64,000 nt of DNA, from contig CM052817.1 of NCBI GenBank assembly GCA_028534125.1, forward strand, positions 23,128,001 to 23,192,000. The letters are read 5' to 3'. Below, in pieces: positions 27,500-40,824 of the stretch. The DNA is from Lama glama (lineage: Eukaryota). Numbering within the stretch: the first letter of the stretch is position 1; each line of letters begins with the position of its first letter. A model generated the notes under the pieces. The model saw nothing but the letters and a program-made list of their open reading frames with translations, did not search any database and had not been told where the DNA came from. The position numbers and the translations under genes were made by a program.

Positions 27500-28005
27500 T
27501 GGCATTGATTTATTGTAGTAAAAAAAATAACAGCTCACAGCAAAAAAAAAAATGTGACAGTGAATATATGTATGTTCATGTATAACTGGAAAATTGTGCT
27601 CTACACTGGAATTTGACACAATGTTGTAAAATGACTATAACTCAATAAAAAATGTTTAAAAACAAAAACAAAAACAAAATTTAGCTTCTTAATCATTGTT
27701 AAACTTACTGTTCAGTATTATTAGTGCATTCACATTGTTGTGAAACATTTGCAGAAGTTTTTCATCATGCAAAACTGAAACTCTTTGTCTGTTCCACAAC
27801 CTCCTTTTCCCTCCCCATTCCCCAGCTCCTGGAAACCACCATTCACTCTCTGTTTCTATGAATTCGACTACTTTAGTATTTCATATAAGTGGAATCATAC
27901 AGTATTTGTCTTTTTTGCAATTGGCTTAATCTACTTAGCACAAAATGTGGTTTACACATATAAGTAGAATATTAAAAGGAAGGAAATCCTATCACATGCT
28001 ATAAT
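27500..28005 (-). mobile_element. L1MB-like 3' end with a short inverted 5' segment
   Basis: Antisense 3'UTR ('cattcacattgttgtg...tcatataagtggaatcatacagtatttgtc...cttagca'), then sense 'aaaatgtggtttacacat...aaggaaggaaatcctatcacatgcta' from ~27941. Confidence 0.8.
27532..27679 (+). mobile_element. Very short young L1 3' terminus (camelid-like) nested in the older L1
   Basis: 'gaatatatgtatgttcatgtataactggaaaattgtgctctacactggaatttgacaca...ctcaataaaaaatg' followed by an (A4-5C)n tail. Confidence 0.85.
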
Positions 28006-30022
28006 AATCAGCCTTTACTTTTATATTAAACTCTAAAGTCCTTGACTTTATACTTGTAAATTTGCTATTTTTGTATTGGCTTAAATGGACATCTCAATAA
28101 ATACATTTTAAGAGGGAAAGACATAGGACAACCTAATCTGAAATTCAGTGTCACTAATATCCTATATAAATCATCCTCAGTTTATCATACACTGCCATAA
28201 ATAGAACAAAGCATAGATAGATAAATAGATAGACAGACTGAGTCATCACTAAATCACTGGTTTGGACATTTCATAGAAGGTAAAGATGATATCTTGCATA
28301 GCTTTTCAGTCACCTTCAGAAGTTAGCACAGTGTTCTTGAGACATTAAATACAAATGCAATGGATCAAATGTCATTCCAACACCCTAACTCCATTGCATT
28401 TGCTTATATGAAACAGGAGAATATTGAACCTTGAAGTAAACAAAGCATCGCCTATGATGATATATATTTTAGCATAAATGCAACTGATACATTTAAGCAC
28501 AAGCCCACTTGTTGAAAGTCATTTTGGGAAATGAACTTTAGAATATGCTACTTCAAAAACCACTCTGTTTAGTTGATAGTCCATAAATTCTCTGTTGGAG
28601 ATATTATGGTCTACAGTGGATTGTGCTTAATTGGCACATCTCAGTGGAAATTGAAATATGCCAATTAGACAATGATTGTCTCATTTAAATACATAATTGC
28701 TCATATGAACTATCAGATACATTTGAAATTAGAAAGGATGTTTGAAATGCAAAACATTGACCAAATTGTATATGTACATAATTAAGACAAATTAGACATG
28801 CACATGTTGGGCATGATCAAAAGCATTATCATCAAGGCATGGTCCCATTTTTTGTTCAGCAGTTTAATGAGTATTATAATCCATCTGGTCATCACAAACC
28901 CAAAATATACCTAGTAACTCCAGTCGATAACTGAATTTTAAGTCTGTGTTAATACTCTGTACTAATATTATTTCAGAAATCCACCAAAGCCAAAACCTGC
29001 AGAGTTGCTGCTCTTTCATACTTAAATGTTGTTAATTAAGGCATTGTTTTAGAGTGAACTTCTTATTCCAGGGACAAAATAATTTTTTTACTTTCAAAAG
29101 AATTTTTACATTTAGAGTGTTAAGTCCATAGGATGCTCCTCTAATGTAGGAACCTGTTACTGAGATAATGAATATGGGCAATGGTATTTTATGAAAAAAT
29201 TTCCTATTTGCTGAAATGGATCTTTACATCCTGGAGAACATCAAGAAATTCATGAAGGGGAAGATATTGAGAGCTTTTCCTAATTGTTAGTAAGGCACTG
29301 ATAATGATTTAGCAAGAATTTTGCCCTTAATTCACTCCACAACTGGAAATTTTTGTGTGGCTCTATATATATATATATATTTGTGTGGCTATAGTATACA
29401 TATATATACTAAAAGTACCCCATGAATATATATGTATATGTATTCATAGACTAGTTGTAGTATACAACAATAAATTAATTTTTCATGCAATTACTTAGAG
29501 ATATGTGTGTATTTTGTGCAATACATACAGCCGAAGTGTCTTATTAAAAAATCCTAACAAGTAATGTTATAGTATTTTCAAATGTTAAAATTTAGAAAAC
29601 AACCAAAAGAATTTAAACAAATGGCCATTAATACCACCAAATAGGACAATTATTCACGAGCATTTTCCTTGTGTTAATTAATATCCACATTGACTACTCT
29701 CATTTTTTCTGTTAGTATTAATCAAATAAGTAAAATATTGAAATTTTGAAATATGATTTTCATTACTGTGTGGAGCTAAAAATAAACTATATAATCAATC
29801 AAATATCCTTCTACAGTTTTTTTTAATCTTACTTATATTAGGAAAGAATGAGTTCCACAGAAGACTGTTTCTTCAGAATAAATCTTAAGTATAAAATTGT
29901 GGATCAAATTATATGAAAAATTGAAGAGTTTTGATACAAATTTAATTACAGATGTTTAAAATCAATTTATAATCCATAACAAGTAAATAAGTATTCCTGT
30001 TTTCCGAATCCCTGATCATTGC

Positions 30023-30560
30023 TGTAGGCAAAATTCTAAAATGGCCCAGAACAGTCCTGCCCCCTGGTGTTCAACTCTTGTATAACCCGGACACTTGGGA
30101 GCCCATGGAGCCTGCGGCAATGCTGGGATGGTGGCTCCACTGACTAGGTTGTTATAAGGCAAATGGTGATGGGATAGTCATTCCCTTAGATAAGATCCTG
30201 TAGCTGACTGGAGGTGAAGGAGTAGTCAGAGAGAAGGGATCCTGCTGGCACAGAAAAAAGCAAATAGTCATTCTGGGAACTACCCATGGGGGTGGGAGCC
30301 ACATAGCAAAGAACTGAGGGCAGCCTTTGAGAGATAAAGGTGGTCTCCACCTGAGAGCTAGCATGGAAACAGGAACCTCAGTCCTACATCTACAGGAAAC
30401 TAAATTCTGCCAAGAACCACATGAGCTTGAAAGGAGACCCTGCCCCTCCCCTGGCCGAGGGCTCCAGAAAGGAACATCGACCAAGCAACAACTTGATTCA
30501 TCTTTACGAGATCCCAAACAAAACCCAGCTAATCCGTGCCTGGAATCTTTCCATCTAGTC
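30023..30560 (+). mobile_element. MaLR MLT1E/F-like LTR
   Basis: 'tgtaggcaaaattctaaaatggccc...ggaacctcagtcctac...aggaaactaaattctgccaagaaccacatgagcttg'. Confidence 0.85.
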
Positions 30561-30797
30561 CAATTGCTCATGCACTTTCATTCAAGTCCATGTTAACTGC
30601 AGAAATTCACTGCATAAAGATATCAGTATTTTTGACCACAGTGCCCTCAGTTTGAGGACCTAAGTGCACCTCAACCTCATCAGGACCAACAGTACATTAC
30701 CCCCTCCAACTAAATCTTGTCAGCCTGCCCCTGCCTTTACTTTCTTCCTATTCAACTCCGACTCAAAGTTGAATCATTTAATAACACCTGTAAAAGC

Positions 30798-31271
30798 TGT
30801 TTTCATTTTCGATTGCTTTCTAATAAGTTACCACAAACTTAAAGACTTCAAATGAAATTCCCATGTCCAGGAGCCCAGGCACAGTTCATGTAGCTCCTCT
30901 GCTCAGGCTGTCATAAGGTGCAACGTGACGTCATCTGAAGCCCAGCGTCCTCTTCCCCACTCATGAAATTATTGGCAGACAGAATTCATTTCTTTGCACC
31001 TACAGAAGTCATAGTAGCTTGCGTCTTTAAGGCCAACAGGAGAGCATCTTTAAATGCAGGGAATGCCTGCTTAAGTCCTCTTTTATAGAGATAAACAGAT
31101 GGAGCAAGTAGGACTTGCTTAAGTCCTACCCAGGTTAATCTACCTTTAACTCAGTGTCCAGCCAATTAAGATCTTAATTATATCTGAAAAAACCCTCAAT
31201 CTTTGCAACCTAGTCATAGCTGCATCAGAGGTGGGACTCCTGGGGGCCACCTTAGAATGTTGCTTACCACA
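30798..31271 (-). mobile_element. MaLR MLT1-like LTR
   Basis: 'aagttaccacaaacttaaagactt...gggggccaccttagaatgttgcttaccaca'. Confidence 0.75.
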
Positions 31272-31739
31272 AAATGGGTCGGCAATTATGTATCTATTTC
31301 TTTGACCCTCTATCCTTTCCATTTTATGCCCCTAGCAAAAGAACAACCCTGAGTGAACTGAAACATCTCACTTCTTCACCTAAAAGCACTGTGCTAGCTC
31401 AGGTGAACTTGGCTGCTTCATATTACACACCTTCAACCCAGATACTTCTTTTGGGTCATATTTATACTGCCTTTTTATACCTCTTCCTAAACATCTTAGT
31501 GACACTTTATATTCAGCATGTATATACCTAATTCATGTGCACTCTTTTTAACACCTGATCCAACTCTAGTCCCCTCTCACAAACCCTGTTTTCATTGTAA
31601 AACACCCAGGTGCTCAAACCAGAAATCTGGGAGTCATTCCTGAAATGCCATAGTCCCTCAGTCCCACATCCTCTCAGTTATCAAGATCTAATAATATTAT
31701 CTAATTAGTATATTTTAAAATTACACATTCTGTCCAGGA

Positions 31740-32460
31740 ACTGCTACTTTGGGCTGTTTATCAGCAAGAGATAAGCTTCTGATGTGTGAAGCATAGATAT
31801 TTGGAGCTTTTAATATGATAGCATACCATGAGCAATGCAGCTATAGATTCCTTAGGTAGGGGGTTGCAGTAATAAAGCAATTAAATTGTATAACATTGGC
31901 TTAATAGGAAAGTTGTAGTTGGACAAAGCAACTAATATAGGAAGTCTGAATTTTGGAGAAGTATTAATGCTATGGCAACCTTTAGTAAAAAATCAAACTC
32001 CCAAAATAAATGGAACTGGTTGTCTATAATTACTTAAAAGGTAGAATGCCCAGAAGAAGAGACTGCAAAAGAGAATCATGGATATGTGTGTTTGGTCGTT
32101 CCTGGCAATACTGAACAAGGTACTAGAAGAAAGAGATGAGCTCATGAAAGGACTAAATGGTTTGAAAAGAGAAATGAAAGAAAAGAGTAATGGCATTTAA
32201 TGATGGAGGCTTGCATGTTTGGTGAAGCTTCTGCTTCTAGACGCCACATAATTTGAAATAACATTGAAAAACGTGTAAGCACAAAAGTCCATTAAGATTT
32301 GCTATCAAATTAAGTGTGTAGATTTCCTTCTAAAGTAACGCCATTAAATAGTGGAGGCGACATTGAGACTAAAAAAAAATAAGTTAATGACTATTGAGAA
32401 TTATATGTGGCTAATGAATTTGGTGTAATAATCTATATGTTACTGACTGGAGACAAATGA
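31740..32460 (+). mobile_element. MaLR LTR 3' end plus MLT1-int internal fragment
   Basis: LTR tail 'gtgtgaagcatagatatttggagc', then internal-like 'aacaaggtactagaagaaagagatgagctcatgaaagg'. Confidence 0.6.
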
Positions 32461-32469
32461 ATCAGAAAT

Positions 32470-32900
32470 GTTCATCTGTAGATTTCCTGACCTTGAGGAG
32501 GTGGAGCATAACCCTTCACTCCTTAAGTATGGGATGCCCATTGTCACTTACTTCCCTAGAATACAGTATGAAGATAAGGCAGGAGCAACTTTCAGGTGGA
32601 GAGATGTAGCACTAATTCAGCCATGTAGTCAAGGTCAACAGCAGTAATGTTATGTTGATGGTATGCACCCTTGATACAGTGTGATGAAAATGGTACTTAA
32701 GACCTTTGTGGTCTTTCTTCTCAGAACTCAAAACCACATCTTTTTTTTTTTTTTAAAACCACATCTTATCTTGAGGAAAACACCAGCTAAAGCCTTATTG
32801 ACAAATATACAACAACAAAAAAAAACCTAATTGAAACTTAAAACTCAAGGTCGTCAAAAGTAAAGAAAGTCAGAAGTCAGAGCTTAGAGAAGACTTCACG
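32470..32900 (+). mobile_element. Old L1 (L1MC/MD-like) 3'UTR fragment
   Basis: 'ggtggagcataacccttcactccttaagtatggg...tcaaggtcaaca...gtgatgaaaatggtactt'. Confidence 0.7.
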
Positions 32901-32911
32901 GCTGAGAGAGT

Positions 32912-32980
32912 CTTCTCTCTCTCTCCTCTCTCTCGCCTCTCTCTCTCTCTCTCTTTATATATATGTATGTATGTATATGT
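32912..32980. repeat. (CT)n/(TA)n/(TATG)n compound microsatellite
   Basis: Read directly from sequence. Confidence 0.9.
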
Positions 32981-34354
32981 AAACTTTACCCCTTTTCACA
33001 GGACTGATGTCTGTAAATGTGAGAGGATTCTATAGCTTTGATCACATGGGGAAAAGACTACCATGTTTTTCCATTATGAAAAAACTCTCTCTAAATTTGG
33101 TAATCTGGTAGATTTTTTTTTTTTTTTTTTTTGGTAACTGCTGTGTCCTAAGTTCAGGGGAATCTAGTTCTTCTAAAGAATGGAGTCTCTTAAAAACAGA
33201 AACATGTTATAATACTTTTATTTTTTTGTCCATGAGTTTTCTTTAGAAATGGAGATCCACTGAGATGTATAGGTAGTCTCACATCCATAAGCCAACTGAG
33301 CTGTGTGCTGCCCAAGAAGTACACCTAACATATCTCTGCAATCCAGGCCCACCAAGATATATGAGTCAATAATTTCCCATTATTGTATAGGCTAGAATGC
33401 GTTATGTTCTCATTTTCCACTGAGAGAGATCTAACTGATAGACCAATAACAAAGACTGCATCTTTAATGACATTTTCTGGGTGTTTGAATAAATGTTTAT
33501 TAAGGTGATTCAAAATAATAGGTATAGTTTACTGAAATTTAAATCTGTAAGATCATTTGCACATAAAACATGTTGCTGTTTTACACTGAGAATACTGTAT
33601 TAGAATGCAGAATCTAAAACAAGGTTTTTGGAATGAAGGATTATTCTGAAAATGACAGCTTTCCCCATTCATCCAAGCAGTTGAATGTCAGGATGAAGCA
33701 GGAAGAAAAGGTCTACACAGATTGTAGATTTGAAGCTCTATCATGTCAAGAGGTTTTAGAGCAGTAAAAATATCTGCAATTTTTGTGTTTTTCCATTGGT
33801 AAATCATTTAAGTATCTCACTTTTTCTTTTTTATAAAGTATCTTCAGATCTCTGAGTTATTTTTAAATTAATAAAAACATATGGAAATGGTTTAGAGACA
33901 TCAGCAGAGTGAGTAGACTAGAACAGAAGAGATAGTGCTTGATTATTCTTCTGTGCCTTAACCTAGATTAAGTTCCCAGATGAACAGGGTTGGTAGGAGG
34001 AGGGTGTCTGTTTTAGCTGCAGAAGTACAATTTGCTGCAATCCAACTGAGCATGCGATAAAGAAGAAAAAAATGTTTTAAATAGGTTGTGAGGTCAAAAT
34101 ATTTTAATAATTATATACATAGAGTTACAATTTATCCAAATTACTAAATCAGGAATTTATTTTAGACAACTAGGAATTAATATAGTGAGCATTGTGATTC
34201 AATGTTCACTTTTTGAATCTTAGCAAATTCTAAGTTAATCTTCATATAAGGCATAGCTTATTCTTTGACTATCACTATATAGTTTAGCAATTAAATGTAG
34301 TATAATTTAAGTTTTGAAACATATTTTAAGACAGACCATCTGATTACTATTAGA

Positions 34355-35205
34355 TGCTTTCATTTTCTAGTCCAGTTGTTCAGGGTGAAACGCTGGAATC
34401 ATCTTTAATCCCTTTGTCTTTCTCAGTCCTCGTGTTCACCCTCAACTCTTGTTGACTCTGTTCAAAACTTGTCTAGAATACAATTACTTATATTCACATC
34501 TTGCATCATCACTCTGCCAACATCCACTGTCATATAGACTCCAACATGGTAACCCATTTTTGCCATTCACAGACCATCGACAGCATGACAGTGAAAGTAA
34601 TTATTTTAACATATAAGCAAAGTTATATGATTTTTCCACTCATCAGCAATGGCTTCCCATCTCACAATCAAAGCCAAATATCCTACAGTTATGTAAAATG
34701 TCCTATATGACCTACACCCTTATTATTTCTTGGCCTTCATCTCACCCTCCATCATTCCTCTTCAGTCATTCAATCTTATAGGTGTTTCTGAAATATCCCA
34801 GGCGATTTCACAGCTTGGAAATGTTCTCTTTCACCTTTATATTTTTCCCTAACATGTAAACACACAACTTGCTCCCTGACCACATTCAAAGTCATTATGC
34901 TTATGTCACCTTAGCCACAGATGAATATTCTATTTGAAATGTAATCGCTTCCTGCTAACATCTCATTCCTCTCTAACTTATTTGTTCTCCGTGGTATTCA
35001 CTATATAAAATACTATGTTTTACTTTTTTGTTTATTAACTCTCTCCCCTACTAGAATGTCTTACTTTTTTTGTTTATTAATTCCCTTTCCTGCTCAAATG
35101 TCTTGTGCATTTCAAGATGGCTGCATTTCTTGTTTTATTTACTGTATCCCAGCATGTAGAATCTGCCACATAATAGATGTTTATTTGATATTTTTGAGTG
35201 TGTTG
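34355..35205 (+). mobile_element. L2a-like fragment including 3' end
   Basis: 'ccagttgttcagggtgaaacgctggaatcatcttt', 'aatggcttcccatctcac' and 'ttactgtatcccagcatgtagaatctgccacataatagatg'. Confidence 0.8.
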
Positions 35206-36557
35206 ATAAACATAAGTCTAACAAATGTAATGATTTTTTTAAACTATAAAACTAAAACCAATTTAATATATGATAAATTGTCCTTAGGATATACCTTTTA
35301 TATATTGCCTATGGTTTCTAATTAAACCCATATAAATAATGTAAACTAGAGCTCAGGGGATCTTAGTATTAATTGTGCTTTTAAAAGCCATGTAAAAGAA
35401 GAGAATGAAGTTAAAAAAAAAAAAGTCAGAGCCAAGTAATTATTCCAGTCAATTAATTGGTATATATCAAATGCATGAATTGTCTGCTAATGAAATTCTC
35501 TTCATTATGCTCATCATTAATATTTTCTTTAATCCTTAAGGTCACTGGCTGAATATTCTCTGCTCTCTACATTCTTTTACACAATCTCCCCATGTCATGA
35601 CTAGAAGGTCACCAAGTTAATTGGCTGTTGAGTACTTAAAGTAGCTAATTCCATCTTATAAGTTATCTGATTTTTAATTTTAAAGTTCTTTGGTCAAGGT
35701 TACAAGATTAGCATAACCTCAAATCAAGAACATGTTACCGGGCAGGGCAATGCTTCTCTAGTCAGTAGCTCAGTGAAACTATTGATGTTGATATAATTGC
35801 ATGAAAATCCAGCTGCATTTACTCAAATTGGAGAGTATGACATGTTTTTCCTTATAATTTTTATGTTAGGCTTATAACAGTTTTCAAGGTGTTGTGACTG
35901 GGTAGTGAAGAATCAAAGGGTTTTGAATAAGTACATATCATAAGTTTGGAGTTTTTCAGTACTTAATTTATGTCAGTAAATAAGCTTATGTAGTTAGTCA
36001 TGTTGGTTTGTTATGAAGTGGTCCTCTCCATCTGTACCTCTAAGTACAATTTTTTCAGAATATATTTACTTCCCCTCTTTATCTCCATTACCTAGAAAAA
36101 AAAAATCAAAGATCACCCTTTAAGTACTTGTCCTTCTCCAGCTGCTATAACCTCTTACGAACTGTGCTGGCTGTTGCTTTGTGGAGAAACTGAGGAAGAC
36201 AGTATTTCTAGAATTTTGTTTGGGCTGCCAGCAAGTTTAAAAGCACCAGTCAGAAAGCAGCAGTCCTCTTCAGGGGAGATTACAGCAGATTGCCTGGCAC
36301 ACTTTCCTCCACTGCTTTGTTCTTCCCCATAGCACATGTGCACCTGTGATACTCTATATGCTCTATATAAATGTCTCCCCTTCTCCCAGCACCACCACAA
36401 TTGAATAAAATTTCGTGGGGGCAGTATCTTGTCAGTTTTGTTTAGTGTCCTCTCCTCAATATCTAGAACAGTTCCTGCTACAAGAGTAGGCCCTGAGAAA
36501 ATGTCTTCAGAATGGATGAGTGAATTCCTGGAACTGATTCAGAAATGATTAAAAAGC

Positions 36558-36805
36558 TGTGGTTATACTAATGTAGCTAAGATTGCCATTGGACTAGACC
36601 CACAGCAACATCAGCCCTTCTTGTGCTGTCCAGCTGGCTGGGCTGCCCTCTAGATTTTGGGCTTGGCAGCCCCCACAACTGCCTGAGGCCAATTCCTAAG
36701 AGTCTCTTTCTCTCTCTGTCTTCTCCACCAACACAGACAGGTACAGACATGCACACACACTATTAGTGCCGTTTCTGTTTCTCTGGAGACCCCCAGCTAA
36801 TCAAT
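36558..36805 (+). mobile_element. MLT2-like (ERVL) LTR, internally deleted
   Basis: 'agattttgggcttggcagcccccacaactgcctgaggccaattcct...ttctgtttctctggagaccccc'. Confidence 0.75.
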
Positions 36806-39800
36806 ATTTGGATATGAGGATACTTAAACTGATTTTTTTTTTATTATTAACTTGCAACACAGTGCCCCTTTCTCCTGCTCCTAGTGGGGTTTTAATTATG
36901 GGAATTCAACTTAAACATCATCAAAGCCATTATTGAGAATCCCAAGGCTTCCAATAATGAAGAAACTAATTGGATCCTATTGGGAAACCAGCCTAACCCC
37001 ATCCCCAGAAAACTAAAAATAACAACAGCAACAACAAAGACCAGACAGTCGGGAGTACACGCTGGATCCTCACTGAGATCATGAGAGGCGATATCTGTCT
37101 CAGTGACTGTGCCATGAAAAATGTGTAATTAAACCATTACCTGAATATGTTAACCCAATAAGAGGTGTTTACGTTGCCAGTGACAAGATCACAAGTATCA
37201 GTCAAAAAACTTTACCCTTGTGAAACCCTTGTTAACCATAAGAATGACTGAATCTCTGGTGTTTTTGACCAGCCTCAGCCACAGCATTTCAGGAATCCAT
37301 AACCTGCTTGTCTGCCTTAATTCTAGTGTGTTATAATCCTTCTTCCCCCACGCCTGACCCCTGCCCAGACATCAACAATCTTCGTAGCATTACTCCAGTA
37401 GATATAAAAACCAGTGACCCTATGAGTACCGAAGCATGCTGTTCACAGCAGAAGTCAGTTACATGATGGGACCAGAGCCGACTAATCAGCGAGTGATTTA
37501 ATGTGTGGTGACTTGACTTTATGAGAGTCCAGTCCTTTTTTTTTTGAACATATGAACCCTTAAACTAGAAACAAGATAAGCAAAGGAGAAATCTCAGGCT
37601 TACGAAGCAAATACATTTTTTGAGCATTGTGTGCTGTCCCTTCAGTAGAGACCACAAAAAGAGGACCACTGAGCAGATGACCTTTCATTTAAGTAGTGCA
37701 TCAATGAAAGAATATCAAGAGCTCATCACACTTGAAAATTTGTAGATTTTCCTTTTTAGCCACATCTGAAGATAAGCTATATCAAGTAGCCAGAATAAAG
37801 CAATAGCTACACATACCAACCCCTGGGTTAAGATCCAGAATGGGCCATCACGTACAAGTCTGTCACTGACTTACTGATAAGAGCTCTACTTTTTTCCATA
37901 ATCCCATCTTTGAGGTCAACACAGTTTATTAAGAATGTTAAATGTACTTTACTATGTCTTTGAACATAGTGGAATGATATTCCCAAATCCTGCCTTTTAT
38001 GTGTCCCAGACACAGTTTCAAAAATCACTATTCACTGACATACTGAGTACTCTGTGACATTACAATGACATTTATAATCAATCTAATCTCACCCATAATT
38101 TCTGTTAGGATATGGCCCCGTTAGTAATATCCCTGTCATCTCTGTGGTTTGCCTCAGCAAATTCATCTCATTTTATCAAAGAAATGTTATGTCTCCAGAA
38201 ACTATTTTATCACCAACAGTCATTGTAGGTTTTATTATGATACTGAAAAAAAAATTTGTTCAAAACTGTCCCTGTCTGTAGCTGCCTGTCCATTAACCAT
38301 CACTCATAGTCCAATTGCTATATAGAAATATCAAGTGGACCTTGGGAAAATGTCTACACTATTACAGCTCTGTTAGGATTAAATTGAAAACTACCAACCC
38401 CACATCTTCTCTGGCCATTACAATGTTTTCTATGGCAATTCACTGCATATACTCCCACTCTTGAAACACCACTCCATGATAAATGTACTTTCTATCCTGC
38501 CACTTTTCTGTAACAAGATTGCAACAAAACATCAATGTTCAATCAGTACCTCAGTGATACTGAGTGAGAGTGGGACACACAGAAAGAGCAACAGGACATC
38601 TGACAATATGTCAAGAGAGTTACCTGTTATATGCTGATAGAAATTGAAATCTCCGAGATAAAATGTGATTTCCAAATGCGACCTGGCCTTCCATTTGACA
38701 CATTCATACCACTTGCTTCTGATGAAAATGGAAAGATTGCTTGCTAGGGCTGGTCAACATTATCAAGTCAATCAAATATGCTGCCTCCTATTCAGTTGCC
38801 TTGAAAATACAAATCATTTCCGTGTTCCTTGGTCTCATGCTACTCCTAAGTGCCCTAGACCCTGTGTTGCCTTCCATTTTCATCATCTGAGCTCCCCAAC
38901 ATGGACATAGTAATTAACCCTAGAAATTTGACCATGAAAACCTGCTGAAGTTGAGGTAATTGTTCAAGGACACTCCACCCCTACCTACCCTTTCCCAACT
39001 TGTTTGCCATTATGTTTTTTAAGCTAACTTGAAAATTCTTAGCTCTATGACTCTGATGTTAATCTTTCCTTTAGTGATTTGAAATTGTTGGCATTAGATC
39101 TCAATGGTATCTGAATTTTGATTTGGCCTAATTGATTCTGACTTTGCTTATGGCTCTATTCTGGGTTAAAAGAGTGTGATATGTCCCTGTTTTTCTGAGC
39201 CTTATTTGGAGGACAAAAAGAGAAGCAATATCTTAAATGATTGAGCCATTCATGGACTATAGCAAGAATAAATATGATTCTTATACTGAGAGGCCTTGGA
39301 AAGATCATCCTAGTAGTGGTCCTGTCCTTTTAGCCATTTTTTATGAGTTATACATAAAGGAGTCTATTTGTGGTGTCTCTAGGAAAGAAATATTTAATTT
39401 CCATATTCTGAATTATTTTTATTAAGTTTTTTATCTTAACTTCAAACCTGCCTGTCATTTTCAGCAATTTACAAGAGTGCTTGAGGGACGATGAGAATTT
39501 GGGAAACATGCTAGTAATGACAATTTTCCATGATTGCCTGGAGAGTTTTTGGAAGAGGACTTGATGAAGATTTTGATATTGAAAGTAGTCTGTTAGTCTG
39601 CTGAGGCAGGTGAAGGAAGGAAAATTAGAGCAGGATATTCAGTCAACTTGTGCTGTCATCTATATTGACTACACTTGCTGTTGAAGGGATCAGATTAATT
39701 ACAATGTAATATCTGTCCATCAGCTTATATGTTTTGCAGATACAGCATTTATATTTGTGCCTAACAAACATTGGTGGTAATTACAGTCTATCTGTAGAAT

Positions 39801-40824
39801 AACTAATATTCTCAAAATATGAGGACATTATCAGTCTCTGTCTGTTTCTACCTATATGTGTTTTTCCTAGGAATTCTGAAGCAAATGACCACATATACTA
39901 ATTCATAAAGATCAAATGAGAATTAATTTGCTAATTACTCGAACCTTTCAGGGTGTGAAAACAGCCTTATTTTCTTTTTCTCCTAAGTTTTAGGGCTGAT
40001 TAAATTAAATAGTTCTTCAAGAGTGGCTTTGCCTAAATAATTAATGTGATGATTTTTAAAGTATTTACCTCTAGGTTAACGCCTGCCCCATAAGCTTAGG
40101 GATACTTTTGTCTTACTTTGTAGATAAATGTTTAGAGCAGAAATCCGTTAAGACTAATCAAACCTGAGGCATTGTTGCAGGACGTTAATTTACCCAAACC
40201 TATTAATTCTTGTCTGTTTTCAAACCATATTTACTTAAACAAGGGTCTGGAAACTGAGATAAAACCAATGCAAAATGCATATAAAATGTCACATAACTTC
40301 AAATGTATGTGTGTATACAAATATTTGTTAGGAATTTAAATCAAATGTAGATTTACCTGCAAATAAATGTTAAGAAGTGTTTTGTTATCCTCTCAGAAAT
40401 TTATGGTATTTTTGATGATCTGTTACTTGTACATTTGCTCCAAATGCAAAATAGGGATTTAACCAATTTGTTCATATGATAACAATGTAAGTGCCACCTA
40501 AAAACAAACTTTTCTACATAAGATTTGGGAGTTCTCTGTAGCATCCATTTGCATACTAAATATGAAATCTAAATGCTAGCATTTCCTATATGCACCAAGA
40601 GCAGGGATTGGCCTGCAAATGATGCATTTATTTTATTTACTTTCCAATGCAGAAAGTATTAACCATTGGTATATGATCAAGGTCAATTGAATCCAATTTC
40701 AGTTCTTGACTTTCTTTTTTGAGTACTTGTGACTCTTTATAAGCACTGTTATTTCACCATTTTTATTCTTTCTTAGAGATTTTCAAAAAAAAATCTAAAT
40801 TTTTAAATGAAATTTAAAACTTAT

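Noticed and set aside
29351..29390. TTTGTGTGGCT repeated around (TA)n
   Set aside because: Could mimic a TSD, but slippage next to a microsatellite explains it equally well.
37070..37106. 9-bp inverted repeat TCACTGAGA...TCTCAGTGA
   Set aside because: Short stem with a long loop, expected by chance. Not miRNA-like.
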